A stretch of 64,000 nucleotides of DNA from Candidatus Latescibacterota bacterium (GCA_963422735.1 OY730476.1:3424001-3488000); one strand, 5' to 3'. Counted from the first letter of the stretch, positions 29,743 through 40,171 are shown. Program-made: numbers and translations. The notes: generated from the sequence alone by a model not told the origin.

Positions 29743-30522
29743 CTACTCGGCGGCCGAGGCGGCCAAAAGCCCCCCATCCACCGGCAGGGACGCTCCGGTG
29801 ATGCAGCCGGCAGCCGGCGAGCAGAGGAAGACCACCGCTCGGCCAATGTCTTCGGGGGTTCCCGGACGACGTAGAGGGACTATCTCATGGTGCTGCTCCC
29901 CAAGGGGTGCTGGAGCGAGTTCGTTGAAGACGTGATCGGTGTCCATGTAGCCGGGCATGATGGCGTTGCAGCGGATTCCGTATTCGCCCAAGTCAACGGC
30001 CATGCTTTCGGTCAGGCGCAAGACGCCGGCTTTGGCGGTCCCGTAGGCCGTGTCGTTCTTCCACGCCCGACGCCCGTGTACCGAGGAGGTGCTGACGATG
30101 GCTCCCCCGTCGCCCTGCGCCACCATGGCGCACGCAGCTTGCTGCGAGCACAGGAAAAAACCCTTGAGGCCCACATCGAGGTTTTGATCCCAGTTTTCCT
30201 CGCTGAGTTCGAGGAAGTGCTCGCCCGTGCCGCCGTAGGGATTGTTGGCCAAGATGTCAATGCGGCCAAACCGTTCGAGAAAGGCCGCAAACATCGCCTC
30301 GACTTGGTCGCTAGCGGAAATATCGCCAGCGAAGAATTCGGCCTCCCGGCCCATGGCGCGGATCAGGCCTAGGGTTTTGCCGACATCCTCGTCGTCGTGC
30401 AAGTCGTTGATCCCCACGTCGCAGCCGGCTTCGGCTAAAGCGAGGGCAATGCCGCGGCCAATGCGGCGCTTGCCGCCGGTGACGAAGGCTTTCTTTCCGC
30501 GTAGCAAATAGGGGTCGGACAT
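29743..30522 (-). CDS. short-chain dehydrogenase/reductase
   Basis: TGGKRRIGRG, YGTAK, 'VDGG'. Confidence 0.9.
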   Translation of the reverse strand: MSDPYLLRGKKAFVTGGKRRIGRGIALALAEAGCDVGINDLHDDEDVGKTLGLIRAMGREAEFFAGDISASDQVEAMFAAFLERFGRIDILANNPYGGTGEHFLELSEENWDQNLDVGLKGFFLCSQQAACAMVAQGDGGAIVSTSSVHGRRAWKNDTAYGTAKAGVLRLTESMAVDLGEYGIRCNAIMPGYMDTDHVFNELAPAPLGEQHHEIVPLRRPGTPEDIGRAVVFLCSPAAGCITGASLPVDGGLLAASAAE

Positions 30523-30537
30523 GGTGTGCTCCTTGGG

Positions 30538-31272
30538 TTAGACGATCTCGGGGTGTTCGTGTATCGAGGGAGTGGCCATAATGCGCTTTTGGCGTTCGGT
30601 CAGCTCGCCGTACTCTTCGAGGTTGTAAAACTCCTTGGCCCACGTCGAGTAGCCGGGGCTGTACTTATAGAGCAACGTGCGGCGCTGGTGCTCGGCGCAC
30701 CACGGCATGGTGCCGTGGATGAGGGCCTCGGTAAAGAACAAGGCATCCCCGGCCTTAGCTGTGGGTTGGACGACGTAATGCACATCGCGCTCAAAGAGCC
30801 TGACATTTTGGGGCAGGTTGCGAGAGTAATTGGTCTTGTGGCTGCCCGGCACGCAGGCAAAGCCGCCGTCGCCCGCATTGGCATCGGCGAGAAAAAAGGT
30901 CACCACGCTCAGGCCATTGCGCATCTGGCCGTCGCGGTAGCTGAACCAGTGGTCGGTATCTTGGCTGGGGCCGCCGTGGAGACCGCCCCGGGTATCGCCT
31001 CGGTTCATGATAATGGCGTAGTCGTGATCGATTCGGACTTTGGGGCCGATGAGTTCGATTAAGTAGGGCAGCATTTTGGGGTGGTCGATCAGGTTTTTAG
31101 TGGCTTGGCCCCAGTTGCTGGCCTTGTTCAGGTCGTTGCGGGGATGATTGTCCCAGCCGGCAAGGCGCCGGTCCACCAGCGCGTTGAGCTCGTCCAATTC
31201 CTGTGGGCTGAGGACGTCTTTGATGACCAGATAGCCCTCCAAGTCAAAGACGAATTTTTCTTCTTCGTTCAT
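30538..31272 (-). CDS. PhyH family dioxygenase
   Basis: 'FDLEGYLVIKDVL', 'GGFACVPGSHK', 'AGDALFFTEALIHG'; AAGGAG RBS before ATG 31272. Confidence 0.9.
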   Translation of the reverse strand: MNEEEKFVFDLEGYLVIKDVLSPQELDELNALVDRRLAGWDNHPRNDLNKASNWGQATKNLIDHPKMLPYLIELIGPKVRIDHDYAIIMNRGDTRGGLHGGPSQDTDHWFSYRDGQMRNGLSVVTFFLADANAGDGGFACVPGSHKTNYSRNLPQNVRLFERDVHYVVQPTAKAGDALFFTEALIHGTMPWCAEHQRRTLLYKYSPGYSTWAKEFYNLEEYGELTERQKRIMATPSIHEHPEIV

Positions 31273-31283
31273 GGCGTGCTCCT

Positions 31284-32825
31284 TTACGCGTAAATGCTCT
31301 GCATCTGATAGACGTCGAGCGAGAGCAACTCGGCACTCTGGCCCTGTGCGCGCAGCGAGACCCCGACGCTGTCGGCGCGGTCGGGATAGACCCGAGCCGC
31401 CACGCATTGCTGGTCGTTGGCAAATACTTCGACGACGCTCTTATCGACGAAAATCCGCAGCTTGAGCGTCTCGCCCGGAGTGAGGACGACCGGGGCGGTC
31501 TCCGGGGCGCGGGAGAGGACATCGGGCGCGACAGAAGAATACGAGGTGTCGAGCGAGATCAGACTCTGGTGAAGGTCGCTGCCAAAGACGCGGTTGCTGA
31601 AGCCCCGGTTTTTGAAAAAGGCGATGCGTGTGTACTCCTCCCTGCCGGGAGTGCGCAGGACGTTGAGTTCGACCATGGGTGCGTCTTTGGGATCGATTTC
31701 GGCGACGAGTTCCATGGCGTTGCCGCGGACCGCATCGAGGACGAGCTCTTCGTTGGCCGGGAGGGTGGTCTTGCCGACGCGCTGGTGGTCCCGCCGAAGC
31801 GACGCGAGGTCGCCAGCCGGCTCCATGGCCAGCTCGTCGCCGACGACAGTCAGCCGACGGGGCAAGGTCATAATTTGGTTCCAGCCCTTGGTCGGTTTGC
31901 CGGGGTTCATGTTGAAGATGGTCAAGACGCCGCCTTGGCCATCGGGAGTGGCCGAAGGGGCGTGGACGCCCGAGGGCACGGCCGCACCGAGGTTGAATTT
32001 GGCTCCGTAGGTCACGACGAACTTGTCGCGTGCGGTGTCGTAGTCGCCGAGCAGGTATTGACCGCCGCTTCTATGGCTGAAGAAGAGGAGGATGTGGCGG
32101 TCGCCGATCGGCCAGAAATAGGGGCAGGCTCCGTCGTCGCCGACTAGGGTGAACCCATCGTCCTCCACGAAGGGGTGGAGATACTCCCAGTGTTCGAGAT
32201 CATTGGACTTGAAGAGAAAATTGGCGCGCACGGGCTTGCCGGCTGGACCTTCGGGCTTGGTGCCCGCCGAGAGCGAGTAGTACGCGTCGCCCTGCTTCCA
32301 GATGCAGGGGTCAAAGACGCGGTAGGGCTGGCCGGGCTGGATGGGGATCACGGCCTTGTTGGCGATTTTTTCCCAGTTGAGCAATAGCGGGTCCGAAGAC
32401 GTAGCGACCATGTTGCCGACCTCGGTGCCGTGGTACATGGCAATGACGCGTTCTTCCTCGACTAGCGTAGCTCCTGAAAAACAGCAGCGCTCTGGGTTCG
32501 GATAGATGCAGTAGGGCAGGTCGCGCCAGTGGACGAGGTCGTCGCTTGTGGCGTGGCCCCAGTGCTGGCGGGTATCCTCCGGTGGGTAGGCTTGGTAGAA
32601 GAGATGGTAGCGGCCCTGCCAGAAGCACAGTCCGTTGGGGTCGTTGAGATTGGCTTCCGGGTTGATGTAGTGATAGATAGGGCGGTGTGGATCGCCGGCA
32701 TACGAGCGGCGCGCTGCGAGCAAGCGCTGCATCAGCGGGTTGGTGGCCAGCGCCTCCTCTTGTTCGGCCAGCGTGTCGGGGAAGGTGTAGTAGGGAACCT
32801 TTGAAGTGTAGTCGGGCGCGGACAT
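31284..32825 (-). CDS. glycoside hydrolase family 32 protein
   Basis: NDPNG, 'HWGHATS.DL.HW', FSG, FDP, 'IFVDKSVVEVF'. Confidence 0.9.
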   Translation of the reverse strand: MSAPDYTSKVPYYTFPDTLAEQEEALATNPLMQRLLAARRSYAGDPHRPIYHYINPEANLNDPNGLCFWQGRYHLFYQAYPPEDTRQHWGHATSDDLVHWRDLPYCIYPNPERCCFSGATLVEEERVIAMYHGTEVGNMVATSSDPLLLNWEKIANKAVIPIQPGQPYRVFDPCIWKQGDAYYSLSAGTKPEGPAGKPVRANFLFKSNDLEHWEYLHPFVEDDGFTLVGDDGACPYFWPIGDRHILLFFSHRSGGQYLLGDYDTARDKFVVTYGAKFNLGAAVPSGVHAPSATPDGQGGVLTIFNMNPGKPTKGWNQIMTLPRRLTVVGDELAMEPAGDLASLRRDHQRVGKTTLPANEELVLDAVRGNAMELVAEIDPKDAPMVELNVLRTPGREEYTRIAFFKNRGFSNRVFGSDLHQSLISLDTSYSSVAPDVLSRAPETAPVVLTPGETLKLRIFVDKSVVEVFANDQQCVAARVYPDRADSVGVSLRAQGQSAELLSLDVYQMQSIYA

Positions 32826-32895
32826 GATCTTAATTCTCCAGGTTAAGAGGGTTGAGTACTGAATTGGGTCTATGCAATGCACGATTTCAGGTCAT

Positions 32896-35751
32896 CTAAT
32901 CAAGTATTGTTTCTTGTAGGCTGCAATCCGCCGCTGCGAGATCTATCCAGCCGTTTGGATGTTTGAATCGCGTACTTTTGGAATCAAGTATCCTGTCGGC
33001 CACCTCTACCAAGCCATTGTAAGCCTCATGGCGACTTTCTCTGTCAGAGTTGGGCACCGGCGCAGATGTAACTTGAGACATTAGCCACTCGGCAAGAAAT
33101 GGTGGGTTCTCTGAAACCTTCACCCCAGCGGTAGCAAACAGCGGGACGAACTCCTCGGTCAATGCCTTCCCTTGGTCGTTTTGCCAGCGCAACTTAAATG
33201 CGGCAATTATTCCTATCTCTCCTACAGGCGATAGGACCGAGGCGTACAGACCTTTAAATGCTTGTGATTTCGCCAACTTGATCAAATACTGAAAAAACTT
33301 CGTTTCAAAATCGAGTAACACGACACCTCGGAGCCGGTGCGCAAGCCGCCGATTCGTCGTAACTCTCACCACCGTTCGTTGACCAAATTCAGGAAACTCA
33401 CCTTGTATGTCTTTGGGTAAACGGATTTCCAAAACGTCGCCATCGTATAGAGTAGTTTGCAGGTCAATATCAGCGATCTGCAACATATTGCGAATGAACA
33501 GATCGACGTGTTGCATCGTAAAGCCAATAGTACCTCCTAGAGCGTTCGGGTCGTAACCCGCAACGTGAGTAAACACCTCATCTTGCAATTTTTTAGCCTC
33601 TCGCGCTCGTTCCAGTGCTCTGTTGATCTCTTCTCGTGTACGCCTGATGTTCATATCCGTTGCCGACCTCAGAATTGAGGCAAGGTCCATATTTTCCAAA
33701 ATTTCGCCCAAAATTTCGGCATCAAGTCTTTCACTATATTCCTCGCCTATGGGTGCCATGTCCTGCACGATGTTGGTTATCCGTTGAAGCATCAAATCAA
33801 TCGCAGAGTTATCGAAACTGTCTCGAGCGTGTAGGTTGAAGACGACGACTTTTTTCTTTTGACCATAGCGGTATAATCGGCCGATACGCTGGACCAGCCG
33901 GGACGGATTCCATGGTAAATCGTAATTTACCATCACATGACACGATTCATGTAGGTTGATACCCTCGCCACCGGCTTCCGTTGAAACCATAAATTGCGCC
34001 GACTCGTTGAACGTGCTAATGGCCCTCAGTTTCTCGTCCAATCCCATTGAGCCATTTATCTGCTCGATTTCGCCTACTTCGGGGAACTGATCCTCAAGAG
34101 CTTCCTTGAGGTAGGTTTGCGTTCCCCGATATTCTGTAAAGACCAAGAGTTTTTCTCCTTTCTCAACAAGCGGCGCGACAACTTCACTGAGAAACATTTG
34201 TAGTTTTTCGTCGTTCTCATGCACGGCCTTTGCTGCCTCAAGCAAGCCTTCGATCATCTCCCGTTCGTGCGCGAAAAATTCCTTAGCCCCAGTGTTTGGT
34301 ACGCTCGTTACAAGATCGTCTTGATCGTCCCCACCCTCGGATAGGTCGTCTATCGTCAATTCCTGCTCTATACCATCCTCTTTGTATTCATTCAATTCGC
34401 CAGATAATTTTTCTAACCGCAGCCGGAGGGCGCGTTCGATCGCTGCGATGCTAGACGAGGCGAGTTTTCGGTATGTCGTCATAACGAAGCCGATAGCACG
34501 TCCGGTACTTCCTCCCCTTTCACACGATCTATAACCGTGTCGCAGATACTCGTCTAGAAATTTTTGGAATTTGAGCGTTTCCCTTGATGGCTTCACCGGA
34601 ATCCGATGTATGTCTTGCCCTTTGAATATGAACTGACCATCGGCGTCAGTAACCTCGCTTTTGCGATTTCTCAGGATCAGGTTGCTCACGATTTCTGGAT
34701 TGAATCTAAGTGTGTGTATTTGCCGGCTCAGGTCAGGCCGTACGAGTTCCAAGATCGATATGAATCGATCCACATAACCTTGATGAGGGGTACCGCTTAA
34801 AAGAAAAAAACCATCGGACATCGGCCGCAGCATTTCTGCCAATTTATAGCGATCTGCTCGTTCGCCACTGGCATGTCGGGTGAGCTTGTGACCCTCGTCG
34901 AATACGACGATGTCCCATCCACCGGCCTGCCGAAATATATCCATGTGATTTTCCCGTTTGGCGAGGTCAATGGAGACAATTACATGGTCGTAGCGTTTCC
35001 AGTGTTCATGATCGTGAATATTGAAATCACGTCCGTATATCATAAACGCTTGGTCAAACTTGTACTTGAGTTCGTCTTGCCATTGTCGAGTTAGACCAGC
35101 CGGCGAAACTACTAGCACACGACGTGCTTGCCCTTTGCGCTTGAGAGCTGCAAGAAGTAATCCAACCTCGATAGTTTTGCCTAGTCCGACATCATCGGCA
35201 ATTAACCAGTTGTAGTTTCCAGAACTCAGAATCCGGTGGACGAGCTGAATCTGATGCGGTAGCGGATCGACATCCAAGCGATCTAGCGAACCAGTCAAGT
35301 GGTTCCAGTTTTCGAGCGCATGTGCCAAAAGACGAAGACGGAATCTTTCGGCGTGATCTTCAGTACCCGTTTCGGTGCCCTCGTAACGCATTCTTACTGT
35401 CTTGATTCGACGTAGATTCTCATAGGGTATCGAAACCACACGTCCGTTGTCATCGAGTTGAACGAGACACATATCGCTTGATCCTATCTTCTGTTGGCCG
35501 ACGATAGTTCCTTGTCCTAGGGTTTTGCGTGTCGCCGAAATCGGCACATCCTGAACGGCCCAGCCCCTTTGAAAACCTGACTCCAAGTCGCCAATATCTA
35601 GCCATTCTTGCCAAGAGCGATTGGATGTTCTCCAAGTAACTTTGATCTTCAGGGAGCTTGTTTTTTGGTCCACTACTTGCCCCAATAGTCCCTTATTGCT
35701 GCGCCGTTGGACCCAACAACCTTTGACCGGGATTAAAACTTCTGTTGTCAT
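32896..35751 (-). CDS. SNF2/RapA-like helicase
   Basis: ADDVGLGKT, DEGH, SGTP, 'STEAGGEGINL', 'YDLPWNP', QRIGR; start at 35751 gives ATGA overlap with the upstream stop; lower GC than flanks. Confidence 0.92.
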   Translation of the reverse strand: MTTEVLIPVKGCWVQRRSNKGLLGQVVDQKTSSLKIKVTWRTSNRSWQEWLDIGDLESGFQRGWAVQDVPISATRKTLGQGTIVGQQKIGSSDMCLVQLDDNGRVVSIPYENLRRIKTVRMRYEGTETGTEDHAERFRLRLLAHALENWNHLTGSLDRLDVDPLPHQIQLVHRILSSGNYNWLIADDVGLGKTIEVGLLLAALKRKGQARRVLVVSPAGLTRQWQDELKYKFDQAFMIYGRDFNIHDHEHWKRYDHVIVSIDLAKRENHMDIFRQAGGWDIVVFDEGHKLTRHASGERADRYKLAEMLRPMSDGFFLLSGTPHQGYVDRFISILELVRPDLSRQIHTLRFNPEIVSNLILRNRKSEVTDADGQFIFKGQDIHRIPVKPSRETLKFQKFLDEYLRHGYRSCERGGSTGRAIGFVMTTYRKLASSSIAAIERALRLRLEKLSGELNEYKEDGIEQELTIDDLSEGGDDQDDLVTSVPNTGAKEFFAHEREMIEGLLEAAKAVHENDEKLQMFLSEVVAPLVEKGEKLLVFTEYRGTQTYLKEALEDQFPEVGEIEQINGSMGLDEKLRAISTFNESAQFMVSTEAGGEGINLHESCHVMVNYDLPWNPSRLVQRIGRLYRYGQKKKVVVFNLHARDSFDNSAIDLMLQRITNIVQDMAPIGEEYSERLDAEILGEILENMDLASILRSATDMNIRRTREEINRALERAREAKKLQDEVFTHVAGYDPNALGGTIGFTMQHVDLFIRNMLQIADIDLQTTLYDGDVLEIRLPKDIQGEFPEFGQRTVVRVTTNRRLAHRLRGVVLLDFETKFFQYLIKLAKSQAFKGLYASVLSPVGEIGIIAAFKLRWQNDQGKALTEEFVPLFATAGVKVSENPPFLAEWLMSQVTSAPVPNSDRESRHEAYNGLVEVADRILDSKSTRFKHPNGWIDLAAADCSLQETILD

Positions 35752-36962
35752 TTCCGTTTTCCTCGCCATAAGTCTATCTCAGGAACTGAGTGGGCCGCAG
35801 TCGCAGTAGTACGTTCAAGCACATCGATATCTTTCTCACATTGCCACCGCTGACTCAAGCCGTAGTCCAAAATTTCGGCATCTAGATTTTGTATTTTCAC
35901 TTCGATATAGGAGGAGAAACTCATGTAGTAGTCACGGGGGGACCAAGGTGGCAACCTCAGCCATTCGTCAAGCCAATCGTCATCGATCATCATCTCCGGG
36001 GGGAGATCTTTTCGTACCAAGCACACACGGTGTGCAGCAATCCACGTAAATGCCGTCGCGCCGTTGGAAAGCCTTCTGACTCTGTATCTCCAAGAATAAC
36101 GTCCTTTCCACCAGTCCGTTCGCTGTCTCCAGATACTTCGCAACTCCACCATCGCCTTCAGGGTCTCAAAATCTAGTCCCTTCGACGCTATTCTTTTTAT
36201 TGCTTGGAAGGTACTTGAATGAGAATAATCCGGATGCTCAAATAAGTCTATCAAGTAGGCCAGGGCGCTCTCCTGATCGCCGTGGCTCGTCAGATAGAGT
36301 AAGCTCGCTAGGTCCGCTGCCTTATCACGGGCACGTCGGATCGACTGCCTTCCTCCTTCAGGCTCAATCTCCCATGGCGTTTGTTGAGCGTCCTCGTCAA
36401 ATTCGGGAGTGTCGTCGAAGAAGATCTCTGAATCCTCGTGTACCGAATCGCCAGAATCGCTGTATTCAGATCCATCGTCCTCTGTCTCATAGGGTAGATC
36501 GTCGTCAAGCCAATCTTGATCTTGGTCTGATGACAAAGCATCATCCGCCGACTCCATTGGCTCAACATCGGCGCAGACCATGTCCTCTGTCGCCTTCTCA
36601 AGGGCGTTCCTATCTTCCTTGTCTTCATATCCCATCGCAACGGTATCATCTACCGTGGACGCCCTTTCTGTTCCGGTTTTGTCTTCGCTGGAGAGTATAT
36701 CTTGTAGCTCATCAGATTCTGACGAACTCACTTCTTCAGGTACAGAATCACGAACGCCGCCATCCGCGTCCGCTTTCCGCGTTTTCTCTTTATCATTTAG
36801 TCCTATATTTTCGCCTGCTCCCGTCGTGCCTTGGGGATCCCACGGATCGAAGACTATTTCGTCCTCGATCTCAGTCCGATTTAGCAGCCAGGCCGCTTCC
36901 TGTTCCAAGGCGGGGTCGGATATGTTAGGGACCTTTGATATGTAAGCGGATGATGCGATCAT
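35748..36962 (-). CDS. hypothetical protein with long acidic region and Trp-rich C-terminal domain
   Basis: GGGAGG RBS before ATG 36962; about 404 aa open frame; stop overlaps the helicase start. Confidence 0.75.
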   Translation of the reverse strand: MIASSAYISKVPNISDPALEQEAAWLLNRTEIEDEIVFDPWDPQGTTGAGENIGLNDKEKTRKADADGGVRDSVPEEVSSSESDELQDILSSEDKTGTERASTVDDTVAMGYEDKEDRNALEKATEDMVCADVEPMESADDALSSDQDQDWLDDDLPYETEDDGSEYSDSGDSVHEDSEIFFDDTPEFDEDAQQTPWEIEPEGGRQSIRRARDKAADLASLLYLTSHGDQESALAYLIDLFEHPDYSHSSTFQAIKRIASKGLDFETLKAMVELRSIWRQRTDWWKGRYSWRYRVRRLSNGATAFTWIAAHRVCLVRKDLPPEMMIDDDWLDEWLRLPPWSPRDYYMSFSSYIEVKIQNLDAEILDYGLSQRWQCEKDIDVLERTTATAAHSVPEIDLWRGKRK

Positions 36963-37089
36963 GGAATTAGCCTCCCAGTTTGATGAGTGGTCGTTACGGC
37001 AGCGAGAAAGTATAGGTCTTGCGCGGGCGTCAATCCAGTCTTGGACAGAAGGCAACGCGCCACCGCCCATGCAGTGGGTTTGACAGCCG

Positions 37090-37789
37090 CCGTGCGAATA
37101 CGCTCTATTCCCTTTATTTAGCCGAAGCCGTGGCACAGCCTCCAGACCGCTTCGTCGGTTTGGCCTGCTTACCTCGGCAGAACACCGAGGATGCGCTGGT
37201 GGAGCTGGATCGCGCCGTCGGCACCCTCGGCCACCGAGGGGTGATGCTCTATTCGCGCATTGCGGGCGTCGAAGTCGATGACTTGGCGTTGGATCCGCTG
37301 TATCGGTGCATCGCCGAGCTGGGCGTCCCGGTCGTCCTGCATCCGAGCGTTCCACCTTGGGCCGAGGCCATCAAGTGCCACTCCATGATCCCCATGGCAG
37401 GTCTGATGGTACATCAGAGTTTTGCCACTTTGCAGTTGATTTTGGGTGGCGTCCTCGAACGCCATCCCCAACTCAAAGTCGTGCAGCCATATCTGTGGGA
37501 GCGCGTCGATCACCAGACCGGCACCTTGCGCCGGGGCCAAGCGCAGATCAGCCAGCCTGTCGGCAAGTAATATGAACGAGTTTATTTAGACGTAGTCTCC
37601 CCTTGGCCGCCAGCGCTGAGGCTCGCCTACGAGTTTGCTGGCAGCGACCGGCTGCTCTTTGCCAGCGATCATCCATGGGTGGAGATCGACGTGTTGAGTT
37701 GGCTGGTGGAGGATATGGACATTCCCGCCGAGGACAAAGACGACATTTTAGGGCGCAACGCCTGCTCATTGTTCGGGATCGGCGGCTAA
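37090..37789 (+). pseudogene. amidohydrolase_2 family protein, 5'-truncated, with nonsense and frameshift
   Basis: 'PDRFVGLACLP', 'VPVVLHP', 'GGVLERHP.LK', in-frame TAA at 37568, then 'RLLFASDHPW...ILGRNA' in another frame. Confidence 0.85.
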
Positions 37790-37820
37790 TCGCGCCATTG
37801 CAAAAAGGAGCCTGTCTTTT

Positions 37821-38483
37821 ATGGTCAAACCCGAAGTGCTAGACGCTTTTAAAGAATTCGACTCGCCGACGATTTTCAACGCCATTGTGTTAAAGTGCGG
37901 CCTACCAAATGAAGAGTACACCGGCCACCGGATTCGCTATCTGTTGCCGGAATTGGGGCCGGTCATCGGCTATGCGGTGACCGCGGAAGTAACGACCAAC
38001 GATCCAGACTCCGTGGCAGTGCCTTGGGAAGGGTACTATGAAGCAATCGATGCTATGGAGGCACCCGTATTCGCGGTGGTCAAGGATGTGGACTCGCGCC
38101 CTGGACGCGGGGCTAGTTTTGGCGACGGTATGGCGCGGCTGCACCAGCGGCTAGGTGCGGTGGGGGCCCTTGTCGATGGAACGGTGCGCGACTTGGAGGG
38201 GATCCGCCGAGTCGGGCTGCCGCTCTTCGCCTGGGGGATGGTGCCAGGACACGGAGTATTTAACGCGACGCGGATTAACACGCCGGTTTCCGTAGGGTCG
38301 GTGCGGATTCGGCCGGGAGACCTGATCTTTGGCGATGGCGACGGATGCGTGCGCATTCCGCTGGAGCACGCAGAAGAGGTGCTGGAATTGGCAGCAGAAG
38401 TGCGGGCCAAAGAGGCAAAGATTTTTGCACTGTACGATTCAGATGATTTCTCCCTCGCCAAGTGGCGAGAATCCCGCACGTAG
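37821..38483 (+). CDS. RraA / HMG-aldolase family protein
   Basis: 'GYAVT', 'FGDGM', 'VDGTVRD', 'IRPGDLIFGDGDG'. Confidence 0.9.
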   Translation: MVKPEVLDAFKEFDSPTIFNAIVLKCGLPNEEYTGHRIRYLLPELGPVIGYAVTAEVTTNDPDSVAVPWEGYYEAIDAMEAPVFAVVKDVDSRPGRGASFGDGMARLHQRLGAVGALVDGTVRDLEGIRRVGLPLFAWGMVPGHGVFNATRINTPVSVGSVRIRPGDLIFGDGDGCVRIPLEHAEEVLELAAEVRAKEAKIFALYDSDDFSLAKWRESRT

Positions 38484-38546
38484 GGGCAACCCTTGTTGTC
38501 GCCCGCCAATCATCATAACAGCCAGTGCCCAGAAACGGAGGACAGC

Positions 38547-39422
38547 ATGGAGACCACCACAATAAAAATTGATCCTAAAGAAGAAATCGGCTTTATGAAG
38601 GTTGATGAGACCGATTTTGCCACTTTCTCCCTGAGCCAGCAGATCCGCCATCTCGAAGCGGAGGGCTATGTGCTCCTGCCGGATGCGCTCGACGCCGAGC
38701 ACATTGCGGCGCTGAAGGCCGAGCTAAAAGACCTGCCGATGACGCACAAGGACTACAGCAAGGCCCAAACGGTCCACCACGAGCCCCAGTGTACTAGCCG
38801 AAGGGTGGCCGAGCTGATCGGCTATCCGCCGATCGCGGAATTCCTCAAAGCGCTAATGGGGCCCGATATCGTATTCACGCACGGACTTTTTACCCGCACC
38901 CTCTCTGGCTCGCCGGGCATTTCAATGCACACCGACGGCCAGCCTTATGGCTCGTCGATCTTTGGCTACGAAGGCTCTTCACCGCGCCTTTTGCGGGTGC
39001 TCTACTACCTCGACGACCTACCGCCCGATCGTGCGCCCTTCCGGCTCATCCCGCGCTCTCATCTTTCGTTTCACGCCCAAGCCAACCCGTACGTGCGCTA
39101 TGTCTCGCACCCGCAGGAAATCACGCTCTGTCCCAAGGCCGGTTCGGTCGTCATGATACCGGCCCTCCTCTTCCACGGCACCCATCCCAACAAGGATTTG
39201 GCCCCTCGGGGGCTAATCCAGTTTGGATACCGACCGGCTTGGGCAGGGCCGATTCAGCCGATGGAGGAATGGGACGAGGAATGGGTGGAGAACGCGCCGG
39301 CAGCGGCCAAACCTTTTCTCCACAGCCGCAACACTACCGGCAAGGAGTGGAAACAAGTACACAAACCCCAAGGCATGCAGCGCGACGCGCCGGGTATCAA
39401 TCCAGATCGCTGGGGAGACTAA
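38547..39422 (+). CDS. PhyH family dioxygenase
   Basis: 'EAEGYVLLPD', HTD, 'LYYLDD', 'IPRSH', 'FHG'; GGAGGA RBS. Confidence 0.9.
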   Translation: METTTIKIDPKEEIGFMKVDETDFATFSLSQQIRHLEAEGYVLLPDALDAEHIAALKAELKDLPMTHKDYSKAQTVHHEPQCTSRRVAELIGYPPIAEFLKALMGPDIVFTHGLFTRTLSGSPGISMHTDGQPYGSSIFGYEGSSPRLLRVLYYLDDLPPDRAPFRLIPRSHLSFHAQANPYVRYVSHPQEITLCPKAGSVVMIPALLFHGTHPNKDLAPRGLIQFGYRPAWAGPIQPMEEWDEEWVENAPAAAKPFLHSRNTTGKEWKQVHKPQGMQRDAPGINPDRWGD

Positions 39423-39436
39423 GGAAGGAGGACATC

Positions 39437-40171
39437 GTGAAACTAGCTGAACTCACCTGGCCCGACTTGGAGCAAGTGTCCAGAGACTCGGTAGTAATAT
39501 ATCCCATAGCAGCGTTTGAGCAGCACGGGCCGCATCTGCCGTTTATAACGGATACCGCCGAGGTCGCCGCTATCGTCGATCGCCTCGACGCGGAGATTCC
39601 CGATCAGGTTCTCTGTCTCCCGGCCCAGTGGCTGGGCTATTCCCCGCACCATCTGCGGTTTAAGGGCACGATAACAGCCCAATCAGAGACCCACATCAAC
39701 ATGATTGTCGATACCGTAAGCAGCATGGTCCACGCCGACTTCGACAAGATCGCCATAGTCAATGGCCACGGCGGGAATGTTCCCAATATGAACGTCGCCC
39801 TCCAGCGTCTGATGGAGAAGCGCCCCGACGCGAAAGTCTATGGCACATCCTGGTTTGCCTATGATGAGCTGGGCCAAATTAGGGAGGCGGGGCCTCATGG
39901 CTGGGGGCACGCGGGCGAGATGGAAACCTCGGTGATGATGGCCCTGCATCCCGAGTGGGTCAAAGCGGACCGCTTGCAAAAAGACGGCCATCCGCCGCAG
40001 TCTGAGCGCGCCGCCCAAGTCTCCCGCTACCGATGGATCCACGAATCGACCGACCAAGGAACTTACGGCGACCCCACCTTTGGGTCTGCCGAAAAGGGAG
40101 AGCGCTTCATCCGCGCCGCGGTTGGGGTGCTAGTCCACATCGTCGAGGATATAAGGAAGGGGCACTTGTAG
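39437..40171 (+). CDS. creatininase family protein
   Basis: 'EQHGPHLP..TD', NGHGGN, HAGEMETS; GTG start after AGGAGG. Confidence 0.92.
   Translation: MKLAELTWPDLEQVSRDSVVIYPIAAFEQHGPHLPFITDTAEVAAIVDRLDAEIPDQVLCLPAQWLGYSPHHLRFKGTITAQSETHINMIVDTVSSMVHADFDKIAIVNGHGGNVPNMNVALQRLMEKRPDAKVYGTSWFAYDELGQIREAGPHGWGHAGEMETSVMMALHPEWVKADRLQKDGHPPQSERAAQVSRYRWIHESTDQGTYGDPTFGSAEKGERFIRAAVGVLVHIVEDIRKGHL

Noticed and set aside
32896-35769. Calling the helicase DISARM drmD, Zorya zorD or housekeeping rapA
   Set aside because: Partner genes are absent and the sequence alone does not let me assign the subfamily.
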